DNA of 64,000 bases, taken from NCBI GenBank assembly GCA_964304625.1, contig OZ199840.1, positions 841,284-905,283 on the forward strand, in the 5' to 3' direction. Source of the stretch: Kudoa neothunni. Lineage: Eukaryota; Animalia; Cnidaria. Both the position numbers and the translations under genes were made by a program. Below, one piece after another: positions 14,890 through 26,017 of the stretch; within the stretch, counting starts at the first letter, position 1, and the number at the start of each line of letters is the position of its first letter. Under the pieces are notes generated by a model, which was not told the origin of the DNA, did not search any database, and was given only the letters and a program-made list of their open reading frames with translations.

Positions 14890-15330
14890 AAGTCATCTAT
14901 TCTAATCCAACGTTGTTCAAATCTCTCAATTTTCTAGTAATTATTTGTAAATTAAATAATCATACATAACTTTTTATTGTCAAAAAAATTAATGAACGCC
15001 AAAAATGGAATATCGAAATTTATATTGTTATTTTTTCCGTCGATATTATATTAGAAAATATTCTCAGCGTCAGTCTATCTTCGAGTGGGGTTGGTTGTTC
15101 AGACAATTTTTCTCCATCCTTTTATGCCATTGTGTGAAAACTTCCCTGGGAAGGTCCTTTTAAGATATGAATCACATTAATCCTATGCGAGGTTCGAAAT
15201 TATGAATCAGTTTTTTCAAAATAGTAGTCGTATTAAAAGATTTAAGTATCAATAGTTCCACGCTTATGGGGAAAAAAGACAATATCTACTTATTTTCTAC
15301 TCATTGATTTAAACAGTTTATAAATTATCT
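14890..15330 (-). pseudogene. Degenerate piggyBac-like transposase remnant
   Basis: Broken translation KDGEKLSEQP...RIFSNII...PFLAFINFFDNKKLCMII*FTN resembles the PGBD N-terminus. Paralogous to the 44.4-44.8 kb region. Confidence 0.4.
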
Positions 15331-15750
15331 ATAATAATATAAATCTTTTATTACATTTATTCCCCATGTATAAAATAATCTTAGAATTTTCCCAAAAAGT
15401 CGAGAATCATAATGACCCTAGTTGGTTTCTCGCGTAACTTTTTTGGTTGGTTCTACGTAAATTCATTGTCTTTATGTCAATAATTTTTATTAGGTAGATG
15501 TTAATTAAATAAAAAACATTCATTTTATATATGAAATTTTGATAGTTATTTTTCTAAAAACCTCGCATTTAATAACAATAAGGAAGCGTATATATTCTTA
15601 ATTAAAAATATATCTAATAATCCTTCTACTAAAGATCATAATGATAATAATTAAAATTTAATAGTATGAATATGAATATAATATGTTTTAATTAAATAAA
15701 TATCAAAGTAAAGTGTTATATTTTTAATAATCCTCATCATCGAAATGAAT

Positions 15751-18732
15751 CTAATTTCTGTTCCTCCAGTATCCAAAATAGAATCCTGCTCCAATAACAA
15801 CAAGAGCCATTGGAACTACAGTAGCAATAATTCTAAAAATCAAAATTAAACAAGACACTTCTACTTATTATACATTGTATTGGTTGATCTAAATAAATTT
15901 AAAACTAATATTTACATATTTACACATCGAAGTTACGTAGATTTGTTTGAGGTTTCACCTATTATTTAATTCAAAATTGTTATAAGTAATCTTATTTTAC
16001 CTTTATTAATTTTTTCACTTCCAAATACATTACTTTGGACACTATGGTATACTACCAACTGATAATTACTCGTGTCTTCAACATCGGAAATAACGAATTC
16101 CCTGCAAGGAGGAAACACATCGCAACCCTCACCAACTATCATGCATTTCTTAACTATTTGGTTGGATGGGTCGTCCAAATTTATTAATTTCCATTTACAC
16201 AAAGAATTTTGGTCTACATCATTCGGTAAAGTCGTTTTCACATTTATAGTTGTATCTTCACGGGTAATTACAATTGTTATTTTTTTCGTGGGGTTCACAT
16301 GTGGTGTAGCTGATGGATCTAAAATTAAATATTAATTATTGAATTTAAATATAATTTTTAATTATAGTTTTATTAATATTTAATTAAATTTTTGAGGTTA
16401 ATATATAATAAATTTTACTTTTGGGTATGTCTATTGTAGTTTCAGTAGATCTTCCAACAGCTGTCACTAAAACTCTGTACTCTTTGTCTGCTTCGTATCC
16501 TTCACTAAATATGATACTACTACATGAGGGTGGTACTTCACAAGATGGGATTGTAAGCTTATTAGTCGGCGTGACGTTTGTTGATGGTTGACCTGTAGAT
16601 CTAGCAACTCCAGATTGTGAGAGAGTTGATTTCATATCAGATTTTGCAGTATTTCCTGTCAATTGTGGTGCTGGACATTCATACAACATATCATACGTTT
16701 CGCCTTTCTTTACTTCTACTTTGTAGTGGCATACAGCATCGGCATAAGGTGAAGATAATGTGCCTACTACTTTAAAACCTTTTTCCAAAAATTGATTTTC
16801 TACTTTGAGAGTTGACATTTCTTAACAATCATAATTTAAAGTTAAATATACGATTAAGTTTTATACCTGTCCTTATTTGATAAACTTTGGAACCGTAATC
16901 TTTGTGTGCTACAACCTTGAGATCGTAATCTGTTCCCGGAGTCAATCCCATAATATTTTGAGTGTCTCTACAGAATCCTCTGCATGGATAACTATCCACA
17001 CACATTGCACAAACGTATACATCCTTTCCACGGGGGCTGAGATAGTAAGCACATGTAAAATCACTCTTGTCTACTTCTTTGTCAACTTCGAGAGCTTTAA
17101 TGGAAAGATGTGTATCCCCTATGGTTGTTGTTGCATCGGGGAAAACATTTTCGGCGGTTGCATCTGTATATTATATTATATAAATATCATTTGATTTTTA
17201 ATATACTTGTTCTGAAGAATATATGCTCTTTGAAATTAGCTGGAACACCAGTGATAGCTGTTGAAGCTGCTTTAATCACAAGAATATAAGGTTTTCCACT
17301 GACAAGCGTGGTTATCGCTAACGCTGAACCACAATCAGTGTTACATCCGCCACTGCCACCTCCACAGTTAGCACTTGTACCTTCCGCATCAGCCAAAGAT
17401 GGTTCATCGGCAGCATAATAACTTACAGTACACGAAGAAAATTGTGGGGTACCAGTTGGTTTGAATAAGCGTGTATCTAGTGTAACACCCGTGGCAAAGT
17501 ATGCCGATAGTAGTTTAGTGGGATTTCCCTCAGCATCTTTTTCATCAATAACTATATAAATCTTATTTGAAATATTTAACTTTCTTATAAACCAAATTTT
17601 TTTTGTATGTATCCAAAGTATGTAGTTCCACTTTTTTTTATTTGAAAATGTCTGGTCTGTATCAATATTTCGACAACTGCTTTTGACGTTTCAAAAGTAA
17701 GCTCCACATTATCACATGGTGCGTAGCAACCTTTATCTTCGCCTCCACCACAATTTGATTTATACTCACTTGAAGCACCATCTTCGATGGTAGTAGGTTC
17801 TTGTCTTATACCAAATCGGCAGATTTCAAATGGAAATTTATTAGTGAACTTAATCAAGTATTTATTTTTCTCGTTATGATTATACTTCACATAATATTGT
17901 GGTATGTAAACGTCAGTGTTCATCAAAGTATAAATATTTTGAAGTTTATAAAAGAATGATGGATAACCCACGCATTTCATTTCATAATGTGGGATCATCA
18001 AATCAAAATCTACTTCATTATTATTATCATTTCCTGTAACACAATCGGCTCCAGCGGTTCCGTCAGCGTATTTTACACCCTTATAGGAAATGGGGCATGC
18101 AACATTTGCACAAGTTATTGTTTTCAATTTCAGTTTACGTTGACTCGTTGATATTGTCACTTGTGGGTTTACTAGCAAACCTACAAAAAAATAAATAAAT
18201 GTAATTTCCACATTAATTACGTATGTCTAGTCCAAAAATTTTTGGGTTTGTATTTTTTTGAGAAGCAATTTCAGCCCCATTCGCCACAAAAACTTTGATA
18301 TATTTTGTCCTTGGGGAAAATTTATCATACGCAAGTGAATTAGTGCTTCCTGTGCAAACGATAACGCATTTATCATTGACTAGTACATTCCCATTTTCAG
18401 GACACTGATTAATATCTTGATAAGTAACCTCAACCTCGTTGAATTTTTTAATGTAACAATGGGTCGACTCGGAAAATTCACCTCCACTTAATGCAAAATG
18501 AACTTTCATATTGCTGTTATCTTTCAAAATCTTGTATGTGATGGATTCTTTTTCAGCTGGTTGAGGTTGTGGTTGTTGTAGCGGTTGCTGCTGTTGGGTC
18601 TGCTGAGATTGATTTGGTGATACATCTTCTAGTGTAGTTTTCGCTATATTATATTGAAATATTTTCTCAATAATAGAAATATTTACAAATAATAATAAAA
18701 ACTATGCCTAATAAACAGAGAAATCTTTTCAT
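15751..18732 (-). CDS. Cys-rich FN3-like repeat type I surface protein, array copy 1 (845 aa, 10 exons)
   Basis: Exons 18732-18687, 18643-18221, 18180-17593, 17551-17207, 17163-16867, 16820-16419, 16318-16001, 15958-15937, 15888-15874, 15832-15751, all GT-AG, sum 2538 nt in frame. Signal peptide MKRFLCLLGIVFIIIS; FN3-like GLTPGTDYDLKVVA; TM IIIATVVPMALVVIGAGFYFGYW; tail RNRN. Confidence 0.88.
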
Positions 18733-18835
18733 TTTGATTTAAATAATCAAACGGGGATATTAACGTTATATTCATAGAGAACATACAATGAATGTATTGA
18801 AATTTAATAATACTTTCGTACCTATTAATAATATA
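18733..18835 (-). promoter_or_regulatory. Conserved 5'UTR/proximal promoter block of the array genes (copy 1 instance)
   Basis: About 100 bp conserved upstream of all six ATGs, including + strand TTTTGATTTAAATAATCAAA and AATACTTTCGTACCTATTAAT. Confidence 0.5.
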
Positions 18836-18941
18836 GTTCTAGTAAATTGGTATCCTACGAATACAATTCTTATTAAAGTTAAATTTTCGAAACATTTTAT
18901 AGTGCTTCAGTTAGCACATCTTTCCTTGTTATTAATAATAA

Positions 18942-20893
18942 CTAGCGCTAATACCCAACTTTGGCTGGTACTGTGTGATGGAAAATTTTAACTTTTAGTT
19001 TCTTTTCTGAATGGACAAATTCTACGGAAGATTTAATCTAATTGGCACGTTAAACCCTGTAAATTTTATTTCTCCATTTTTATTTATGAATTTTTTAACT
19101 TGACATTATTTTTTCAGTGTGGTGATTTATATACACCAAATTATGCACGCACTCTCCATTCAAATATAAAAAGATGCATTGAGAGAAATTAATGAGTATT
19201 TTTAAGTTTATTTTACAAATTATTGACCAAATCTATAATGAACTTGATTTTATGAGAAATTTAATAAACGATTAAAGTTCAATTATTTATTAAACAATAT
19301 CATCAAATAACTTAAATAGGACTTTCAGTTCTTTTCAAAATTTAGCGATATAAATTAATCCTTCTAGTTATAAAATTTATTATTAGTCTACAAATGATAA
19401 AAAAAATAAAATCAACCCATGAAGACTCCGAAATATAAATATTAATTGTTACTCTCTTTTCCGCAATTTTATAATGATGTCAATGATGTTTTAAAAAGCT
19501 GTGAGCGGTAACTTAAGTATTCATTATTGTAACAAAATTCCCCCATTTATAAAATAATCCAACCTTTCTTTTTATCAAAAATACTTACTGGTTCGAAAAT
19601 ATACACATTTAATTATCAAAATACGATAAAATCATAAATGTAAAGGTGTTTTTGGTTTGAAAAACTACAGTAATGCTTAAACATCAACTGGTTTTCTTGA
19701 AGGAATGCACCTCTTTAAAAATTAGCGTGCTGTTTGATTGTACTAAACTAATTTCTTCGTATTGAACTATTCTTAAATTAACGGAAACTTTGTGAAAATA
19801 TTGGTTAGATCGAATAGACCAATAATTTCTTGTTAACTTACATGGCATGTATTGAGAAGGGACTGTATTTTGTGTAAAAGTAGTCGTGAATATAAATTCT
19901 TAAATTACGTATGGAATGCGGCGTCGCATATTTTCATGAAACTTTATATCATAATGAATTAGTTTCAGCGAAAAGAAAATTATCAATTGATTTGGATATT
20001 AACATTAACATCTCGGGGTATGGAATAATTAGATTCCTAAGAACTTAAATATTGTTTAAATAATTATCTCATCAAATATAGTAACTTATCAAATTAGTTA
20101 TGCCAGCTGTTTTGCAAGAAAGTTGAGGAAAACTAAAAAATGAGTAAGAACATATCGAAAAGACTAATATAGCCTCAATCTAAATCGATATATTTGATAA
20201 AAAGAAATTTTCACATCTCAGTAATTTCAATGGAGCATAATTTACATTTAAGAAGTTATAACAAAAATTTAATTATTTGAAAATAGTACATACATCTTAC
20301 GTCGTTTTTAGAATGCGTATAGAGACCCAAATTATTCCAACATGGCAGAAACTTTAATCTCGAATTATGTGTTATATTTAAAATGATCATAATCCTTTTC
20401 GCTTAACTATATCCATAACGCTTGAAAAGTGAAAATAAATCCTAAATAATTTTGTTATGTTCCAAATTTTAAGGGAAATGCAACACCTCTTGTAAATGTA
20501 ACGTTAATAGGTTTATTTATCTTCAAATTGCTCCAAACGACATATATACCATTTTGAACACATTCTATATAATAATTAAAAGATTCTCTTTGTACATAAT
20601 GAGTGAAAGTTCATTTTAATTGGCAATCAATCAGAAGTAAACAAATATCAATATCATTCAGGTATTTTTAATCTGCTATTTGTAAAGACAACCAGAAAAT
20701 TCCTTACTTCGGAATGTGTTATTGACTATATTTATACTTATAAGTAAACTATCGATTTTTATTAGTGGTTTTATCTATTCAAATAAAAACTTACAGCTAT
20801 ATTTAAAGAAAGTTCCTCCATGGCACATGCATACTGTTGCAAACTGTCACACACACGGACACTACAACCTTCTATATTAGGATATAGAATAGA
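18942..20893 (-). mobile_element. Non-autonomous Helitron-like element, copy C (full length)
   Basis: Minus strand A|TCTATTCTATATCC..GTCCGTGTGTGTG at the 5' end; TACCAGCCAAAGTTGGGTA hairpin plus GCGCTAG|T at the 3' end. Inserted in an AT dinucleotide with no TSD. Confidence 0.8.
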
Positions 20894-20984
20894 TGTAATA
20901 GCTTTAATTCGAATATCATAATTTTTAAAATAAATATCAAAATAAAGATCCATAATTCTGAATAAACATTTCATCGAACTTAAT

Positions 20985-23974
20985 CTAATTTCTGTTCCTC
21001 CAGTATCCAAAATAGAATCCTGCTCCAATAACAACAAGAGCCATTGGAACTACAGTAGCAATAATTCTAAAAATCAAAATTAAACAAGACACTTCTACTT
21101 ATTATACATTGTATTGGTTGATCTAAATAAATTTAAAACTAATATTTACATATTTACACATCGAAGTTACGTAGATTTGTTGGAGGTTTCACCTATTATT
21201 TAATTTAAAAATTGATATAAGTAATCTAATTTTACCTTTATTAATTTTTTCACTTCCAAATACATTACTTTGGACACTATGGTATACTTCCAACTGATAA
21301 TTACTCGTGTCTTCAACATCGGAAATAACGAATTCCCTGCAAGAAGGAAATACATCGCAACCCTCACCAACTACCATGCATTTCTTAACAATTTGGTTGA
21401 CGGGGTCGTCCAAATTTATTAATTTCCATTTACACAAAGAATTTTGGTCTACATCATTCGGTAAAGTCGTTTTCACATTTATAGTTGTATCTTCACGGGT
21501 AATAACAATTGTTATTTTTTTCGTGGGGTTCACATGTGGTGTAGCCGATGGATCTGAAATTAAATATTAATTATTGAATTTAAATATAATTTTTAATCAT
21601 AGTTTTATTAATATTTAATTAAATTTTTGAGGTTAATATATAATAAATTTTACTTTTGGGTATGTGTATTGTAGTTTCAGTAGATCTTCCAACGGCTGTC
21701 ACTAAAACTCTGTACTCTTTGTCTGCTTCGTATCCTTCACTAAATATGATACTACTACATGAGGGTGGTACTTCACAAGATGGGATTGTAAGCTTATTAA
21801 TCGGCGGCGTTACTTTTTTTGATGGTTGACCTGTTGATCTAGCAACTCCAGATTGCGAGAGAGTTGATTTCATATCAGATTCGGCAGTATTTCCTGCCGT
21901 TTGTGGTGCTGGGCATTCATACAACATATCATATGTTTCCCCATTCTTTACTTTTACTTTGTAGTGGCATACAGCATCGGCATAAGGTGAAGATAATGTG
22001 CCTACTACTTTAAAACCTTTTTCCAAAAATTGATTTTCTACTTTGAGAGTTGACATTTCTTAACAATCATAATTTAAAGTTAGGTGAAAAATGGGAAATT
22101 TAATACCTGTTCTTATTCGATGGACTTTGGATCCGTAATCTTTGTGTGCTACAACCTTGAGATCGTAATCTGTTCCGGGATTAAGTCCCACAATATTTTG
22201 AGTGTCTCTACAGAATCCTCTGCATGGATAACTATCCACACACATTGCACAAACATATACATCCTTCTCGCGGGGACTGATGTAGTAAGCACATGTGATA
22301 TCTGTATTCGCAGCATCTGTGTCAACTTCGAGAGCTTTAATGGAAAGATGGGTATCCCCTATGGTTGTTGTTGCACCGGGGAAAACATTTTCAGCGGTTG
22401 CATCTATATATTATATATTTATTATTGGATTTTTAAATTACTTGTTCTGAAGAATATATGCTCTTTAAAATTGTTTGGAACACCATTAGTAGCTGCGTTT
22501 GCAGGTGCTTTTATTACAATGATATATGGTTTTCCATTGTCAAGTGAGGATATTGTTAACGTTGAACCACACGTAGTGTCACATCCGCCACGTTCGGCTC
22601 CACAATTAGCCCCTGTACCTTCTCCACCATCCAAAGATGGTTTATCGGCAGCATAATAACTTACGGTACATGAGGAGAATTTTGTGGTATCAGATGGATT
22701 AAATAAGCTTGCATCTAGTGTAACACCTGTGGCAGTGTATGCCGATAATAATTCAGCATAAGTACCATCAACTTTTTTATCGTTAATAACTAAATACATA
22801 TTATTTGAAATACTTAACTTCAATAAAAACCAAATTTCTTTTGTTTATATCCAAAATACGTAGTGTCACTTTTTTCTATTTGAAAATGTCTGGTTTGTAT
22901 TAATATTTCAACAACTGCTTTTGACGCACCGAAGGTAAGTTCTACATTATTACATGGTGCATAGCAATCTTTATCTTCGTTTCCACCACATTTTGATGTA
23001 TAATCTTTTGTATCTCCAGTTTGAATTTGAGTGGATACGTCCTTTATCCCAAATCGACAGATTTCAAACGGAAATTTATTTGTAAACTTAAGTAAATATT
23101 TAGTCTTCAGGTCATCATTATTATATTTCACATAATATTGTGGTATGTAAACGTCGGTGTTCATCAATGTATAATTATTTTGAAGTTTATAATAGAATGG
23201 TGGATAACCCACGCATTTCATTTCATAATGAGGAATCATCAAATCAAATTCTACTTCATTATCATTTTCATTTCCTCTAACACAATCGGATCCAGCGGTT
23301 CCGTCAGCATATTTTACACCCTTATAGGAAATTGGGCATGCAACATTTGCACAAGTTATTGTTTTCAATTTCAGTTTACTTTCATTTGTTGATATTGTAA
23401 CTTGTGGGTTTACCAACAAACCTATAAACATATATTAGAAAATTAATATACGCATTAATTACGGATCTCTAGTCCAAAAATTGTTCCTCCTGTATTTTTA
23501 TTAGAAGCGGCGCCAGCTCCATTCCCAACAAATACTACAATATATTTTGCCCTTGGGGAGAATTTATCATACGTGAGTTTATTATCATTTTTAATGCAGA
23601 GGATAACGCACTTTCCACTGACTTGTTCACTGTCAGTTTGGGGACATGGGCTCATATCTTGATAGTTGTCGCCGGCATCGTTGGACTTCTTGATATAGCA
23701 ATGATTCGAAGCCGTAAACTCACCGCCACTCAATACTAAATGAACTTTCATATTGCTGTTATCCTTCACAATCTTGTATGTGAGAGATTCTTTTTCAGCT
23801 ATTCGAGTTTCAGGTTGTTGTTGTTGTTGTTGTTGTTGATTATTTTGGGGTTGAGTTTGTGATACATCTTGAAGAGAAGATTTTGCTATATTCGATTTAA
23901 ATATTTACCAATTAATAGAAATAATTACAAATAATTGTAATAATTATTCCTAATAAAAAGAGAAACCTATTCAT
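20985..23974 (-). CDS. Cys-rich FN3-like repeat surface protein, array copy 2 (appears intact)
   Basis: Same 10-exon layout; MNRFLFLLGIIITIIS signal peptide; (CAA)8 poly-Q linker; TM and RNRN tail. Confidence 0.87.
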
Positions 23975-24185
23975 TTTGATTTAAATTATCAAAAACGGGT
24001 ATTAACGCTTTATTTATAAAGAACAATTCAATGAATGTATCGAAATTTAATAATACTATCGTACCTATTAATAGTATAATTCTACTATATTCTTTATTCT
24101 AGGATTATTTTTGTTAATAAGGTTAAAAAATATATATATTTTATCAATATCTATTAACCAAAAATATATGAATACTAATGTAAAA

Positions 24186-24858
24186 CAGTGTTCCCATCTT
24201 TTTTTCTATCGCATCCCACTTTTTCTTGAGAATAATTCCGTTCTCCATCTTTTTCAAAAGTATTGATTATTTCAACTTGAACTGTTTATAACATTGAAAA
24301 AAAGCTCGCTATCACATTAAATTTTGGAAGCAGTTAATATATACTTTTTTTCTTTAAAACATATTCGATTAGACCTAACATAATTTATCGATGGAACTTA
24401 AAAATTAACAACTCAGTTCTTCATTCCATCAACAACAGCGTTAAATAAAACTCGTGATAATCCAACCTTCATTAGGAAAGAATTTCATGTAAATGGAATT
24501 AATAAATGGAAGATAACGAGTATAAATACAATATTAATCAACATTACATAAGGTTTAGTCAAAAAAGGATTAATCGATTCTAAATGAGACAAGAATAAGA
24601 TCAAACCATTCTGATTCTATTCGAATAAAGGACACGTTAAATACTATTATTAATTTTTATATAATGAGGCATTTCTTGTTGTAGTTTTAAGTTGTCAATC
24701 GTCACTTATGAATAATTGAAATTGACTTAAAAGTGCATCATAATGCCAAATTATCCCATCACTATCCGTTCCATAACAATTCTCAGGATTTCGGACGTAC
24801 CACCAAAGCGGTCCATTAATCGTCTAAAAATTCCCGTGCCCCACGCTGAGAAACGTTG
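24186..24858. mobile_element. Non-autonomous hAT-type element (MITE)
   Basis: Termini CAGTGTTCCCA... and ...TGAGAAACGTTG, flanked by a perfect 8-bp TSD ATGTAAAA. Confidence 0.75.
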
Positions 24859-25499
24859 ATGTAAAACATACATTAAAAATCATAATTCAAAAATTTTTAA
24901 GCGAAAATAATTTGATTTTCAAAAGTGTCTGTCGTATTTCATTATAAATGCCTAACATTATTTTAATGTATACCTTGTATCTTAAATTATTATAAAGTTC
25001 AATTAAATTAAAATACCAATTACATTTGTCCTATTTATTTTCATACATAATTCAATCATAGTTATTTGATTTTTATGTCAAATATTTTCATCATTTTATA
25101 TTATTTCATCAACTCCATTTATTCGTACCTTACGTTGTCTTCATACTTTTGTTCATCACATATAATTTTAAAAAAATTTTTTATATATATTCCTGAAATA
25201 TTCCCAAAATAATTTTATTCGGTAATAAAGCTACACATTGTCGCTTTTTTAAACTTATTAAACATTATAAAATCATTTTAATCTTATAAATCTATCACCT
25301 TGTTAAATTTATATAAATGAAATTAATAGGGTTTCTCGATCTAACTCGACACTTTTGCAATCAAACATTATAATTTTGTGGTTAAAAAATCAATCCTAAT
25401 TATTTCTTATCACATAATTATTTAAAATAAGAAATTGTCTCAAATTTTTTATCCATAAAACTATGGTAGACGAAAATACGTGTGTAACAAAGAATGGCG

Positions 25500-25832
25500 C
25501 CTTCTTTTTTTTCTTGTTTACAAGATAATACCCCTGGCGCAACTTGTTAGGTTATGGAAATTTGGTTTGTCATACCTCTTTCATTAACGCTTTAGGCACC
25601 GCAGGACGTAACATTAAACTCCGCTCTCTATCTATATGCGGTGGTTGGACTTTAACCCACTAAACATCCTCGTCTCAAGACGATCACTACCCCAAACCCT
25701 ATCCTTTTAAGGACGCTGGCTCTATGAGAGTGCAAATTATTTGCCTTTCGATGGGTTCCAGAGATTCAAACTCTTATTCACGTTCAACATGGTTCTGAGT
25801 CCGAGTGTCACATCGTTGTGCTATTTGCCCTT
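25500..25832 (-). mobile_element. Possible tRNA-derived SINE
   Basis: GC-richer island. Minus strand starts GGGCAAATAGCACAACG (A-box-like) ... GAGTTTGAATCTC (B-box-like) and ends in an A-rich tract. Confidence 0.4.
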
Positions 25833-26017
25833 CGCCTATTATGATTTGGTGTGATCTAGTCCATCTAAAGTAAAGAGCGATGAGCGCCCTAGAGGTTCTA
25901 CATTAGCAGTTGTTGATATTTCTATAATGAGAAAAGAAATAAAAATTAATTATATGCGTGAAATAATGATTCTCAGTGGAAATAAAAAATTTCGTTTGTG
26001 TTATTAATAGCCAAATG

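Noticed and set aside
15966-18527. Treating the 100-200-aa minus-strand ORFs as an operon of separate small genes
   Set aside because: GT-AG introns join them into a single in-frame 845-aa protein; the ORF ends are intron read-through.
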